Origin: Amoeboaphelidium protococcarum X5
Lineage: Eukaryota; Fungi; Aphelidiomycota
Assembly: GCA_023515725.1 (NCBI GenBank)
Contig: JALDTO010000179.1
Span: 1 to 64,000 of the forward strand
Direction of reading: 5' to 3'
DNA length: 64,000 nucleotides
Made by a program: the position numbers and the translations under genes. Below are positions 39,984 through 52,409 of this stretch, in pieces; the first letter of the stretch is position 1, and the number at the start of each line of letters is the position of its first letter. The notes beneath the pieces were generated by a model. It was not told the origin of the DNA and ran no database searches. It saw only the letters and a list, made by a program, of their open reading frames with translations.

Positions 39984-42900
39984 ATGTTTACCATAAATAA
40001 AGTGGTAGATGGTCTGAGAATATCTTCTGTGATTATCAATGGTGGTAGTCTCTATATTGGAACTTTGGATGGCGTTCTACTCGTATTTACTCAGACTGAT
40101 GCTGGTCAGAAATGGAAATTATAGTCTACTCAGAAATCTTTAGCAGGATAGAATTAGGCCATATTATTGATAGAAATCATCAAGTCTCTGGATATAATAA
40201 TACTGGGGACAGATAAACGGATATTTGTGGTTGGATTATCCTCTATGGTGGTGAAGAACGTGATTCAGTGTGAACCAGGTGGAGTGTTTTGTGTTTAATA
40301 ATCGCCTTTTGTTAAAGAAGAATTAATGACAAGTTATCTGGCCACTAGAATTGTAATTTACACGAATAAGAAGCATCTGACCGCTTATGTCTGGCTTGAT
40401 GATGAATATAGTCATTCTGAGTAGATTGCTCTTCCATAGACAATTGGCGTTGTATTAGGGATTGAATGTTTTAGCCGTGATAGTTTATTGATTTAGTGTA
40501 AGAGTGGGTACTTTGTCAAATCCCTTGCTGATTCATCGCTGCCTTTGAAGAATTTATTCCAGTCCAAGGATGTGAGTTTATTAAATCCTGTGTAGAATTG
40601 TAAAATATCAGGTGAAGAAATGTTGATTACGCTTGGATAGGAATCGTACTTTGTATCTTCAATCACCGCGGATGGTGGTCCAAGTAGAGATTATTGTATC
40701 AAATGGAGTCGCAATTTGATTTAGAGTGTCTGCTATGTCTTTCCATTTGTACTCGGCTCGTTCATAGCCGATGGATAATGTAAGGTTGAAGTTAGACTTG
40801 TTAGTGATTCCTAGTCTTATGGTCAGTTCTCTGTGGGGAAATCGAGTGATATATCCAAGTTGATTTATTAAAAAGGATCACTTTCGGCTTTGGTGTTTAG
40901 TAACTCTTCAGTATAAGAGCTGGTAGCCTAAGATACTATTACTCGAGTCGATACGCTTATTAAAGATCGCGATAAGTACACAGAAGCCATTTCAATGTTA
41001 TAAGTAATACTCTCTATTAGCGCGGATGACAGTTTAGCGTAAAGTCTTCTTCTTGAGACGTAGATTAAACACGCCAATTATCTGCGCATAGTTAATAGTC
41101 ATAAGGAAGCACTGGATCTACTTTCTAATCTGGGCTGCCATATCTACGATGTTATATCTGTGTTCTATCCTCAACTTTTGTCTGCTGATTTTGCCGCTGC
41201 TATTTCACGATTATTTTTAAGAGATGCATCGCAATAGAAGCTGTAATTGTTGATGTAAAATATAGTTAAAGAGGAAGATTTTTAAGTGGAAGCTGAAGTG
41301 GACTGGTAAGAAGTTATTTTGTATCTGACTCAGTAGAGGTCGTCATTGCTGAAGAGTATAGGTAAAAGTGATGACAGTTTATTAAAGACAAGGAGTTAGC
41401 TTAGTTTAGTTCCAGTGGATAGTTCTTTATCTTAATAGGTATCGTCCAATGCTTAGCATTGGAAATAAAAACAGTAATAGAATGATGTCTCGTTCCTTAC
41501 TAGGGAATAAGATGGTTTAATTAGAAAGGCCAAAGCGAGTATACTCACCTAGAACACTCCTGGTTAGCAGGTTATGGCTTAGAAAACAGATGTTTTAGAG
41601 CAAGCACTAATAAGTCTGATGTTTTGTGAGACGATTCTATTACATTCATATCTTAAAGCTGGTCAGTCGACTCTTGCCTCAGCTCTGATTCGAGTATCCA
41701 ATAAGCTTAATGTTGCTGAAGCAGAGCGATTATTGAAGGGGTATAGTTTGCTTTAGGATTTGGTGGAACTGTATTTTTAGTACAATTAAAACTAGAAGGC
41801 TGTAGATTATCTTGCTGATATTAAGGAATATGAAATGCTATCTACCTATCTTTTTAGAATAAATGACATTGATGATGAGGTGTACTTCTCTGGGTTTAAG
41901 ACTTTGCTGAATGTTGATAGTATTGATGTGCGACCTTGTCTCTTTAATGCCTTATGTGGACCATTCGATTATAAATCGGTTGATTTCACGCTAATAAGTA
42001 AAGCTAATGATGGCGTGTAAATACCTGAAATGTCTACTCGTATTATTAAATTTCTAAACGAGAATGATCTTGCACTCTCTGCGCAGTATTACTTGTATTT
42101 GTTCTTTGAAATTGGTGTATCTGCGCCATAGGCACATGATTAGTTTATTCTGATGCTTTTGGACATTGTGCAAAAGTGTCTGGTGTTTAAAATTGTATCA
42201 TTTGATCAACTTTAGTAGTATCCGGAACTGGTTAGATTCGTGGAGGTATTTTAAAGCATAAAGTCCTTAGAGAAAATCCGGGTTGATTGTGATTCAGTGG
42301 TTGCATATCTGCGTAGAGTGTTATAGCTCTTCATGCGACATAGTTCTGCGTATAGACCAGAGAAGCTGATCAATAGTTTTCCTCAAAGTTTCTATGATGA
42401 ACGTGCCATCCTTTTGAGCAGGGTTGGAAAGCATAAAGCTGCTCTGGATATTTACATCAATTACTTGAAAGACTGTTCACTGGCAGAGACGTATTGTCAT
42501 TCTGTAAACATGTAGTATCCCCAGGTGTATCATGACCTGTTTGATATTTACATCGATAACTTGAACTCGTAAGATATACAGAACAAGGATTGGCTCCTGC
42601 GACTCCTACATAAATATGCATCTGAGCTGAACTCATTATTGGTTTATAGTAAACTGCCGCAAGAGCTGAAACTATCTGACCTGCAATCTTATGTGCGGCA
42701 AGCAGAGATTTTAAACTAGCGACGGGTGCATGATCTGCTCATCAAGAAGAACGTGTCATCCTCTGTAATTGTGTTAGCTAAAGAAGTCAGAAATTATTAT
42801 AAGCAGAACAAGATTCTTCTGACTGATACCACTACCTGCTCATATTGTAAGAGGCGATTTGGCTGTCCAAATGTTTTCAATGTGCTATCCTTTGGAAGAG

Positions 42901-43034
42901 ATTTGCTCAGTGAAGATAATCTACTTGACATCACCGCCGGATCTCTTTCCGACCAACCGATCATAATGCATTACTCTTGCTACGAGTAATTTCAACAATA
43001 TAACGTGAATAAACAGTAGAATAGATAGCTTTGA
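39984..43034 (+). CDS. VPS39: Vps39/Vam6 (TGFBRAP1) family tethering subunit
   Basis: N-terminal CNH start LYIGTLDG, ERAILLSRVGKHKAALDIY..AETYC and C-terminal CSYCKRRFG..MHYSC; 1016 aa. Confidence 0.8.
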
Positions 43035-43187
43035 ATTATTTGCCATGATATTGAGCAACTATTGACGCGTTTTATGACTTTAAACCATGAATGCTTTTTA
43101 CTTTGGCGATCACTGACGAAGATCTTTTGATTGAAATCTTAAACAAAACAGACATTTATTGGACCTCATTGATACTTTTAATTAAAA

Positions 43188-44145
43188 ATGAATATTTTAC
43201 CACCGAGACCACCACCAAGTAGATAATAGAAAGCTGCAATTAATGTTTAAGCAATCAGCACAAGTGACAGCGATTACGGCAAGCCCATAGCGACTTTGTA
43301 CATTCGAAATCTCAACGAAAAGATTAATCTCAAAGGTTTGTTCATAATCTACTCAGTCATTAATAATCAAAATCATTACTCTCAGTGTAGTTTTGAAAAA
43401 TGCTCTCAGAGGAATATTCTAAATATATGGACAAGTGCGGGAAGTGTTGGCGTGGAAGAACATTAGAATGCGCGGTCAAGCATTTGTCGTATTCGCTGAT
43501 GTCGACCAAGCAACTGCAGCATTAGCCGTGGATGGATTTCCTTTATTTGGCAAGTAGATGTAGGTGAGATATGCCGCATCTGATACATTCCGTTTATCCT
43601 AATCTCTCAAGAACGGGGATAAGACAGATCATTAGAAGCACCTACGTCCATAGTAATCATAGAAGTAGACTGAATATTAATAATCTAAATTTCGCGCCAT
43701 GGCTGAGAAGGCGCGGGTGAACGGTCTGGCAGGTACTAAGCGTTAGTTACTATCTTCTGCTGCTCCTACATCTGGCCCGATGGTTGGTGCTTTTGGTGTA
43801 GCTGGTGCAATCGTTCGACCTCCATTTATGGCACCTGGCTCTATGCGGCCTCTATTCTCTGCTCCTTAGACCACAATCGTCCACTCGGTGCCCGACGAGT
43901 TGCTCCCACCGAATAAGATTCTCTACTTGTAGAACTTACCCACTGGCGTTACATAAAATGACATTTAATCGCTCTTTGAAAGCATAAGTGGATTCATGGA
44001 AGTTAGACTTGTGCCTGGCCGTCATGATATCGCGTTTGTCGAGTTTGACAATGAATAACATGCGGCAATGGCGCGCAGTAGTCAGCCAAATGGTTTGTTT
44101 AATATCAAAGGATAGTTGATCAAGGCGACCTTTGCTCGGAAATGA
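43188..44145 (+). CDS. U1A/U2B'' (SNF) two-RRM snRNP protein
   Basis: TLYIRNLNEKI, MRGQAFVVF, PPNKILYLQNLP and EVRLVPGRHDIAFVEF; intron 43336-43390. The ATG at 43188 is out of frame unless a very short (~34 nt) intron is removed, so the start is uncertain. Confidence 0.88.
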
Positions 44146-44239
44146 TATTGTCCATTATGGTGGTAGCAGATATGTGGTAGATTTACCTATGTACAAATTA
44201 TGTTTATCTATACAGTTATATACATGCCGATTAAGTCAT

Positions 44240-47200
44240 TCAATCATCAGCCTATGCCTCAGTGTCGTCTTTCATGTCCGCTTGCGATAGTGAAGATTTC
44301 TTCTTTCTAGACTGCAACAAAAATTTACCAAATGATAATTATCTTGTGGCAGGAGCCTTCTTATCAGAGTCTTGTAGTGCTGATGACGGCTAAGATGATT
44401 GCAGAAAACTAAGACTTTTCATCTTTATCAGATCCTTGAGCTTTTTGCCACCACCACTTTCACGACCACCATCCGTCTACGCCATAGGCTTCTTGTCCAA
44501 TGCAGATTAAGATGAATGCTGGGCACCGCTACCACCACGGCCAATCTGATTCGGCCGCTTCCTTCGGAGCTTTGACGGCTTCCTACTGAGACTCTGACCG
44601 CCATACTCTATGGAAGCATCACTATTGTATCCATCTTCGTCCAAATCTTCTTGTGAGGATAGAGGATGCGCAATACTCTTTCTCCTACCCTTGGTCTTGA
44701 GCACATCCTTGAATTTAAAAATTTTCTACTGACTTGATTCGTCACTGAGATTGATTTAATCTGCATCAACCAACTACTTTTAGTCATCACCACCGCTACT
44801 GATGACTGAGTCATCACGCGTAAAACTTTGAGGACTATCTGGCGAACTAAATCGATGCTTGAAAGTCAATGAACCAATATTGAGAGCCAGCTAGTCAAGT
44901 ATGGACTTTTTACCGGCCGCATCATCGACTCTCTTAGCCTCGATCATGCTCTTCTATCGGGCTACACCTTCCAGCAATCTAGGCAACTCTTTATATATTA
45001 CAGACTTGGCAACGTGAACTCCATTTTGCGATCTAATCTTCTCTCCAAGAGCTTAAGCTTTAATTTTCTTATTCTGATCTTGAGCGGCTCTTACCAAAGT
45101 ATCAGCTAGTGAACTCACGTCAAGCTTTCGCAGCTGCAGACCAACGCCCAGTGCTGCCACTCGAGATGCCCAGAAATATTAGTCGCCAAAGAATGGTTTG
45201 ATTATAGTGACACAACCAGATCTCAGACCAGCCGCTGTGGTTCCAGCTCCACCATGATGCACCACAATTTACACTTTGGGAAACAACCAATCATGAGGAA
45301 CCGATGAGATGAAGTAAACGTCATCGTCATCACCACTGATATCTTATTAAGGCTGCTGATTAAGATCAATCGTATCACTACCGCGACTGGACCAGCCTTT
45401 ACAAATGATGGCTCTGACTTTAGCAATCTTGACGGCTTGAATGATGGATCGAGTCATTTCTTGAGCGTCTGGCACGATGATGGAGCCAAAACCAATGTAA
45501 ACCAGGGGACGATCATCGACTCTGTGTATAAAATTCTAAAGAGACTCCTCAGCACGCCACTGCTTTTCTGGCTCATCCAAAAACCAATAACCAGTTATAT
45601 GATTCCAAGTCTTCCAGTCACTTGGCAATTTCACAACCTGATTGGAAAACGAATACAAAAACGGGACTTGGTTTTAATCAAAGAACGCACCAGATGTGAG
45701 AGGTTGCAACTTCAATACATCAGTTCTAAACTTATTGATCTAAGGCTGTTACCCTCTCCATAGTACATTGTCCATTAGTGACCATGACATCAAATTGTAT
45801 CCCAATCCAAGAGAGTAATCTGCAACTGCAAAAGGATGCGGAAAATCGCTTGTGCGAGTCCACGGCATAGGGAAGGCTGCAAAATATGGTACCTGTAATT
45901 TCTCAGCAACGTGATAGCCTGCCATTGCAACAGGAGATTCAATGACAACATCGGCACCCTGCAATGCCTCGTAACTACTGATTAGTAAATCATCCAACCA
46001 AGCGCGAAATTTAACGGCAGCCTCCCTAAAGAATGATATGCTAAACATACCATTATCCACACAAAGCTTCATTAGCTCAGCAGGATTCCCGCTTATCGGT
46101 CGAAAAGATATTCCATGACTCTCTATCCAAGACTGGTATTCCTGATGAGTGGCTATTGTACATTAATGTCCATCTTTCAATAGAGCTTTACATAACGCGA
46201 TAAATGGTTAGACATCACCGCGGGTTCCAATAGTTTAGCAAATTATATGGACCGATTTTTAGAGACCGGTAGAATTTACAGACGCGGGATTTTCAGTTAA
46301 ACTACTGATGTCATGCATAAGAGAATGGACCAGAGAATCACCTGCAATTTGAGGAGAATCTCCAATCGATGCAGGGTGAGAAGGCATCACAGATAGCCTG
46401 GTAAAATCATCTACAAGAGATTCATCATCAATTTCGTCATCTTCTTCTTAACTTGGAGCATTTAAATGCCGATATTCGCCAGTAGCATACTTAATTTTAA
46501 TCAAATTTTGCAACAACAAATGTAAAGTATCTCTCTTATTCGCAGCAGAAAACTCCAACCAAGTCTCGCCATTCTTCATGGCCACGTACAGCCCACTCCA
46601 TAAAGCAAGAGGACTCTTTCGCTTTTAGACAATTATAATATCCTGCAATGGTATCACCGCTTTAGTTCTTACAGCAATCACTTTAGAGTAAAAGAGCAAA
46701 TACTCACCAGTTAAGAATACTTGTCCAAGCTTGGGAACTAAAGACTATTAACTTTGGATATACGCACCGCATTTAAATAGAATTCCTACATCCTAATCAT
46801 TTTGAAATAACGACGAGAAGTGCTTTTTAAGAAATGCCGAATTGTCACCCTACGCCATGACACCAGATGTAGTGCTGACAGATTCTCGCTACTAATGTTT
46901 AGACAGCGACTTTCTTTAAGCAGGTGGGGAAATGCCATTTAGAGACGACTAGCTATGTGATGCAATTAATCGTTTCAATTCTGACTAAACTTGTTGAATA
47001 TCACTTAAATAAGCAAAAGCAAATTCATCCATATCACCACTGTAACTATCAGTAGAATTCGCTGTAGATGCAGAAAGAAACTAAATAGATTTCACTGAAT
47101 TGAAAAAGCCAGCCTATTAGCTCTGAGTATGGGACGCATCAACAGTAGTACTGTCAACAACCTCCTGAGGAGTACAATTAATTAAAAGACAGTTACTCAT

Positions 47201-48022
47201 AATTTTGGATTCCACCACTTTCGTCGTAGTAATTTCATCGTACGGCAGAACTAGCTTCAAAGAGTCATCTTGCAGTCTGGCTTTGGCGATACAATTCTCA
47301 ATCATCTATATCCACTATTGCATAGTGTCATAAGAGTCGGCAATAAAGTAAAATCTTCTATCAGGACAGATGATTTTAAATCCATTCTTTCTCCTCTTCA
47401 CCAAATTTATACCAATAGCAGACTTCAAATTAATGGTTCCCAGTGGAAAATAAGTATCCTTGCCAGAGTCATAATATGTCAAAAGATTGTCTTTCAGAAC
47501 TACCCAATAAGTAAAATACTATGCTCTTTTCTTGCCCTTTTTCAACAGGAATCCCTCCTTGTAAACATTCTGCTCCTTTGGGAGTTGAGCCAGGAAACAA
47601 ACACAAGTCTTACACAAGAACAGGTATCCTCTTATCATGACATTATTTACAAGCCAGCATGTATAAATCTTTTAAAATTCCTCAAGCTCTGGCAATTCAA
47701 ATATCTGACATAGTTTACCATTCAACTGCTACAATGTCCTGGATGACTAATCAGTTTCACCTGCACTGAGATTGTTCAATTCTTCCCTACTCAAACTAAC
47801 TCTAATTCGACCAGTATCACCTCCAGTTGTTATATTTGCATTTTGAATATTAGAACCAGTGCTCAGTATCGACTGTACATCGTCAGTTTCCAAGAGTTCG
47901 TCAGCCAGCGAGAGTTGAGTAAGATGACTTGCAATCTGGACGAAAGCATGAGGACCACTCTAAACAGCAACATCATTTTCATTATCTAAATCCTGCATTA
48001 AACCATTAAATTATCTATCCAT
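44240..48022 (-). CDS. ATG26: Sterol 3-beta-glucosyltransferase (PH/GRAM plus GT1)
   Basis: [51 protein letters not shown] and KPFFGDQ; 1260 aa. Confidence 0.93.
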
Positions 48023-48444
48023 TTCTATCTATATTAATTTAAAAGACTAAAAATATAACTAGAGTACAATGAAATAAACTCAGTATTAATTAAAGTGAGT
48101 ATAAAGAAAGAGTTGACGGTCACACTGAAAGATGATTGAAAGGGCGAAAGACGGAAAGTGAAACAAACTGTGAAACGGGAGCGATTGCCCAGTAGAGACT
48201 TTTGGGCGAAACGCGGCTCTCCACTCTCAGAGTTGAGAAACGTCTCTATTTTGCAAGATTCGGGCTTTACGCGACAATAGGGGAGTGTCTTTCCTTAAAG
48301 CTTCGAAAGATTGGGACACATGTAAGGTGGGTTCAATTGCGCTCCAGATGAAAGAGCAATCACCTTCATTCTCACTTTACTTCAACAGAACGCGAATTCT
48401 TACACATTTCTTTTACATCTTGAATATCATATCTTTACTTTACA

Positions 48445-50697
48445 ATGAACAGCGTATTGCATAAAATAAGTGTTATCTAGTGCACGCCTTTATAGAGGCT
48501 GTGTAGACAGGGAAACCATAAGCTGATATTATCGTTCACACGTCCGTATCATCACCGTGGCGTTGTTGTTCCACAGTTGAACGCGCCGCCGTCGATGATT
48601 TCCTTTCCGTCTCTGCGTCGAGCTTATTTAACCACCACCATCTGCAATAGAAGAATTGGAACAAGTCTAAGTACAATGTCGTCAATTCAAGGACTGAGAT
48701 GGGACTTGTCGCCTGCAGAGATCAAGAGTGCTACTGAAAAGATCATTCAACGCTCAAAGAACGTTCTCGATTCTGTTGCTCAGTTGCCTCAGGATAAAGT
48801 ATCGTTCGATTCTGTCATCAGACCACTGGCTGAGGAGGAAGCATTGCAGAGCACAGAGTCCACCAACATTGATTTCCCGTAGTATGTTCATCCTGATAAG
48901 GAGATTCGCGATGCGTCTGTGGCGTGCAGCAAGCAACTGGAAGAGTATAACATCGATGCCGATATGCGTCCGGATGTGTACAAGCAGGTGAAGTTGGTAT
49001 TTGACTCTGCTGATAGATCAAAGTTGAATGCTGAGGAGATACGTCTGTTGGAGAAGATGGAACTGGGATATCGCAGGATGGGTCTTGCTCTGTCGGATGA
49101 TAAATAGACGGAGTTGAAGTAGCTGAAGAAGTAGCTCAGTGGTATCTGTATAGACTTTAGTACCAACGTCAACTCTGATTCGACTTCTATTAGATTGACG
49201 AGGGATGAGTTGACCGGACTTAGTGAAGATTTCATTGATAATCTAGATAAGGAGCAGGCTGCTGATGGTACGTCTGTGTTCATTGTCACCATGAAGTATC
49301 CTCACTATTTTCCCATCATGAATAAGGCGTCAAATGTGGAGACTCGCAAGAAGATGGAAAAGGCTTACACCACAAGATGCGACTAGAATATCAAATTGTT
49401 GGAGTTGGCGGTTCAATTACGAGTTTAGATTGCCAAACTGTTGGGCTATGAAAACCACGCGCAGTTTGTATTGGATGATCGAATGGCGAAGACTCCAGCT
49501 GCAGTGCGTAAATTTCTTCATGAATTGCGTACCAAGTTGAATGTTCTGGCCTAGAGTGAGCTAAATGTTCTCAGTGATCTGAAGCGTCACGATGTTGGAG
49601 ATTCTGTGGATAGTAGAATTAACTCGTATGACTTTCGCTACTATCACCAAAAGTTGTTGGAGTCCAAGTACCAGGTGGACGAGGATGCAATAAAGTAGTA
49701 CTTTTAGTTAGGCCATGTGACTGACAAGATGCTGGCTTTGTACTAGCAATTACTACGCCTGAAGTTTGTGAAAGTTGATAGGCCACCGGTCTGGCATCAG
49801 GATGTAGAGATGTATCAGGTGAAGAACTCTTCAGATGGTTCACTGGTTGGTTATTTCTATCTGGACCTGTTTCCTCGTGATAACAAATACTCTCATGCCG
49901 CTTGCTTCAAGATTCATCCTGCGTATGCTCAAGGTGGTGATAAATCTGGTCAGCATCAATTGCCTGTTAGTGCAATGGTTGCCAACTTTCCTAAACCTAC
50001 GTCAAAGCATCCTTCTCTTCTATCGCATAATGATGTGGTGACTTATTTTCATGAGTTTGGGCATGTCATGCATCAGATCTGCTCTATCACCCAGTTTAGT
50101 AGATTCCACGGTACTAATGTGGAGAGGGATTTTGTTGAGGCTCCATCTCAGATGTTGGAGAATTGGTGTTGGGAGGATAAAGTGTTGAAGTAGTTGAGTG
50201 GCCACGTTGAAAAGAAGGATGCTAATGGTATACCGTTACCGTTACCCGATGACTTGATATCTAATCTGGTCAAAGCAAAGAATGTTAATGCTGGACTGAT
50301 GAATTTGCGTCAGATATTCTTTGCCACGTTCGATCTGACAATTCATGAGCTGCCTGATGTTGATCACAGTCTGGACACCTCAAAGTTGTACAATCGTCTG
50401 AAGGATGAAATTAGTCTAACGCCAGCCATCTCCAATACTTATGGCTAGTCTACTTTTGGTCATGTCATGGGTGGATACGATGCTGGATATTATGGATATC
50501 TGTGGTCCCAGGTGTTCAGTGCTGATATGTTCCATTCTGTGTTTAAGAAGCAGGGAATCGATAGCGCAGCGATGGGCCAGAAGTATCGCGAGTGTATATT
50601 GAAGCCTGGTGGTAGTAGAGATGGAATGGACAGTTTGAAAAGCTTCCTCGGTCGCGAGCCTAATTCTGAGGCATTCCTTAGAGCTCTTGGTCTCTGA
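48445..50697 (+). CDS. M3A metallopeptidase (thimet oligopeptidase/neurolysin/Prd1)
   Basis: [35 protein letters not shown] and [12 protein letters not shown]. In-frame ATGs at 48445, 48595 and 48676. Confidence 0.95.
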
Positions 50698-50872
50698 GTG
50701 GTTAAGGACGTTATTTATGAGATTAATTATAAAATGATCTTTCGTTCCAAGTAAATTGGGTATGTAGATTTTCATTAAAGTTTCTACTTCAAATGCTCTA
50801 AGTAAAGATGCAATTTTGCTAACCACTTTTATTTGTGTTACTAATCTTCATATATTTCCAGTATTGTTGAAC

Positions 50873-52189
50873 TCATTGAATTAATTATACTCGATCAATA
50901 AAATCGTCATTCTCTAAAGCATTTTAAATTGCGGCTCTGACTTTTTCACGTAGTTTCTACTTGAGCTGACTCAAATGCACTGACATTGGCAAACTGTTTA
51001 GTAATTTCTAACAATCATATTCGTCAATGGAGGCAACCAGCTTATCAAAAATATTCGAATTTTAAACCAAAAATGCCGGAACCATCAATAAATAATCGAT
51101 CGTGACCAATACCTAAGATATTTGATCCAGCTAAAATGATAGCAAATCTTCAGCAGCTAATTCACCTAAGAATGCAGATTTCAGAAAGCGCAAAGCTTCA
51201 AAATCAACATTTTCCAAGTATACGGCACCTTATTCAATGCATCTGGTTTGTCTGCGGCAAAGCATCGTCAAGGTTGCAGAGGCGCGGAATATTTAATCGG
51301 GAACTATCAACTCATCGGATCCATTTGTAATTGTCCATTCAGGCCGTGTTGGAATTTATCTTAGAGAATTTGGTACAAGAGCATAACTTGCAGAGAGCAG
51401 CTTTTGATTAAATGGCTTTCTCACATTATTGTCAGTCTTGGTAAAAGACAATCGAATCGCAATCACAGGCAATCTCCCAGAAGCTAGAGCCAAATCCTGA
51501 CCTGATTCTACATCTGCAAACGTGATTTTCTTTTCGATGAAGTATTCAGCAAATTGACTGCATAGCGGAGTAGGGATGTTTGGAGTGCCAGTCGTTTCAA
51601 TATTGGGAGGAACTTCCTCCAAAAAAGCAACGGAATATTTGATATTGTATTTTCCCCAATGTGGCGCCGCGTGAATGATGAAATTTTCAAAAACCTTGTC
51701 CTTGTCGAATTCATCAGTAAAGTCATAAAACGCAAAGATATCAGTTAAGGGAGCGACTTTGTAATCCTATTCAAAGCGGGATATGTAATGCCTTTGAAAC
51801 CTTTTGTTCTCGGCCACTGAAAATGTAACATCATTATTCTCAACAGAAGTTTGACAGCATCGCAATTCAAAAGTTTTAGATGATCTCGCGCGCGCCATAT
51901 TTTTAATCATTTAACCAGGCACAATACCACCCAGAGGCCCTCCAGCAAGATTTAAAATAATGCTTGTGCCGATTACGCAAAAGTTCAGTGCTTCTTTCGC
52001 GCTCTTAAGAGCTGCTGTCTCTAAATTCAAACAAACTCTTGCATCAGATTGGCCGCGATAAGTGCCATCGTTGAAATATTTTAGATCCAATGGCACGTCC
52101 AGTTATTTCCAATGAATAACGCGTAAATTGGCTGACTACGTAACCGTAACTAAGGCTTAGATTAGACAAAAGCAGATAATAAAATTCAT
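50873..52189 (-). CDS. Putative secreted protein with C-terminal BTB/POZ(Skp1)-like domain (438 aa)
   Basis: N-terminus MNFIICFCLIQALVTVTQSA resembles a signal peptide. C-terminal EWTITNGSDELIVPDQIFRASATL..VYLENVDFEALRFLKSAFL..ISQVLVTIDYL resembles BTB. Single open frame with TAR=Gln. Confidence 0.6.
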
Positions 52190-52409
52190 TTTCCATAAGA
52201 TTTTAGTATCGAAGACAATTCGATCAATTTTCATCGAGCCTCTAATAGGGGCTAATCAAAAATGATTAGGACTAAAGGACGCGTTGGTTGTATAGTCCAA
52301 AACAATTCAGTCGTGTCAAGCTCCGCGACTCCTCGCTTCTTCCCGCTCATTAAATAAACGAAATATACTGATTGATTAACTTTTATTGAATAGAGCGTAA
52401 TTAAAAGAG

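Noticed and set aside
48170-48365. Several short hairpins between ATG26 and the M3A peptidase
   Set aside because: Stems are short, match no ncRNA consensus I recognise, and a divergent promoter explains the region.
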